A stretch of 64,000 bases of DNA from Catajapyx aquilonaris. Its lineage: Eukaryota. Both the position numbers and the translations under genes were made by a program. Each line of letters opens with the position of its first letter. Within the stretch, counting starts at the first letter, position 1. A model generated the notes under the pieces. The model was not told the DNA's origin. It saw only the letters and a list, made by a program, of their open reading frames with translations, and made no database searches. Positions 62,859-64,000 of this stretch are shown here, in pieces. Where the stretch lies: positions 1 through 64,000 of the forward strand of contig KZ538387.1 in assembly GCA_000934665.2 (NCBI GenBank), given 5' to 3'.

Positions 62859-64000
62859 ATGATACGCGAATTGTTGCTATGCATTTTTGCAATATTCATC
62901 GCCTTTCAATACTTTCGGAGGAAACAACACAGCAATGGGAAATATCCACCAGGTGAGTAGTATGCTAATGATCTTCGTGAAGTACAATTTACTACAAATT
63001 GTTTGTATAGGCCCAACAGGGATTCCAATCCTTGGCTACCTGCCATTCCTGGGTTCGAACCCATTTTTGGGAATGGGACAACTCACTAAGAAGTATGGAG
63101 ACATATACAGCATGAGTTTCGGGTCTTTGAAGTAAGGTAATTTTATTTATTAATACGTTTAAATATTTACGAGTGTCTTTTGCAGATGTGTGGTATTAAA
63201 CAGCATAAGTCTCATTCGTGAAGCTAGCAAGCGAAACGAGTTCAGCGGTCGGCCTTCTTTTGAAATGGCCAAAATGTGGGCAGGTCGAGGCACTGATCAC
63301 GCGCACGGTAAATATTCAGTTAGTTGATAAAATGATTAATTATTTTCTAATATGATAATATTTCAGGTGTGATATTTTCTGAAGGTGAAGAGTGGAAGGA
63401 GCAACGTAGATTTACACTTAGAATGCTCAGAGACTTTGGGTTTGGCAGGAAATCTATGGAAAATTTGGTTCAAGATGAGGTCCACGAACTGATGGAAACT
63501 CTAAGGCAACACATTTCCTGATTAATAATAAGCTCTCATGTAATATTCATTAATTTATTTCGCAGAAAAAAGAAGGAAGGTCAACTTGTGTCACCTGAGC
63601 ACTTGTTCGAGATATCTGTGGTGAACTCCCTATGGACAATTGTGTCTGGGGTCAGGTATGCACCTGATGACCCAAGACTGAACGTATTGGTGGAGAAACT
63701 CAGCAGGTCAGCCAAAAAATACACTGATGATAATATTGTGCCATGGATCTATTAACAATGAGAAAGCTTCATAAATCATAATCATTTCAGAGATTTTGCA
63801 ACAGTTGGAGCACAAGGTATGCCCTTTTACCTGCCAAATTTGTCCAAAATGTTCCCAAATATCTCCGGATACAACACGTTGTATAAGGCTGTGCAGGGGA
63901 TCACCGAGTTTGTGCAGGTCAATACGCAGATTGTGATAGGTGATTTGATACTTACAATATGTGCTACATACAGGTGGAGATTTCAAATCACAGGAAGGAT
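62859..64000 (+). CDS. Cytochrome P450, CYP2 clan (copy 9), truncated by window end
   Basis: Close paralog of copy 8: YPPGPTGIP, WKEQRRF, same introns. Confidence 0.88.

Overview
Eukaryotic, most likely arthropod, genomic DNA with compact 50-70 nt introns; it is not prokaryotic, so most ORF-track entries are exon fragments. From left to right: a ~148-bp satellite, an intronless divergent ionotropic receptor (IR), a gustatory receptor (GR), a Dpy-30/DYDC-like gene, and a minus-strand locus with a 9-finger C2H2 exon plus a two-exon THAP domain. Then comes a tandem cluster of CYP2-clan cytochrome P450s: 8 complete genes, 1 cut by the window end, 1 pseudogene and 1 relic exon. The main discovery candidate sits inside the P450 cluster at 40.4-54.3 kb: seven paralogous five-exon genes for ~150-160 aa secreted proteins with six invariant cysteines (C-X25-C-X32/34-C-X14-C-X14/15-C-X8-C). 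I cannot assign them to a known family. They appear to have expanded as head-to-head pairs, and one copy takes its stop codon from a SINE. A second candidate is phase-compatible alternative splicing that would put either the C2H2 array or the THAP domain on one N-terminus. tRNA-derived SINEs, non-autonomous Helitrons, a Helitron helicase relic and piggyBac/hAT-type MITEs are abundant. All gene models were built by eye; no database search was run.
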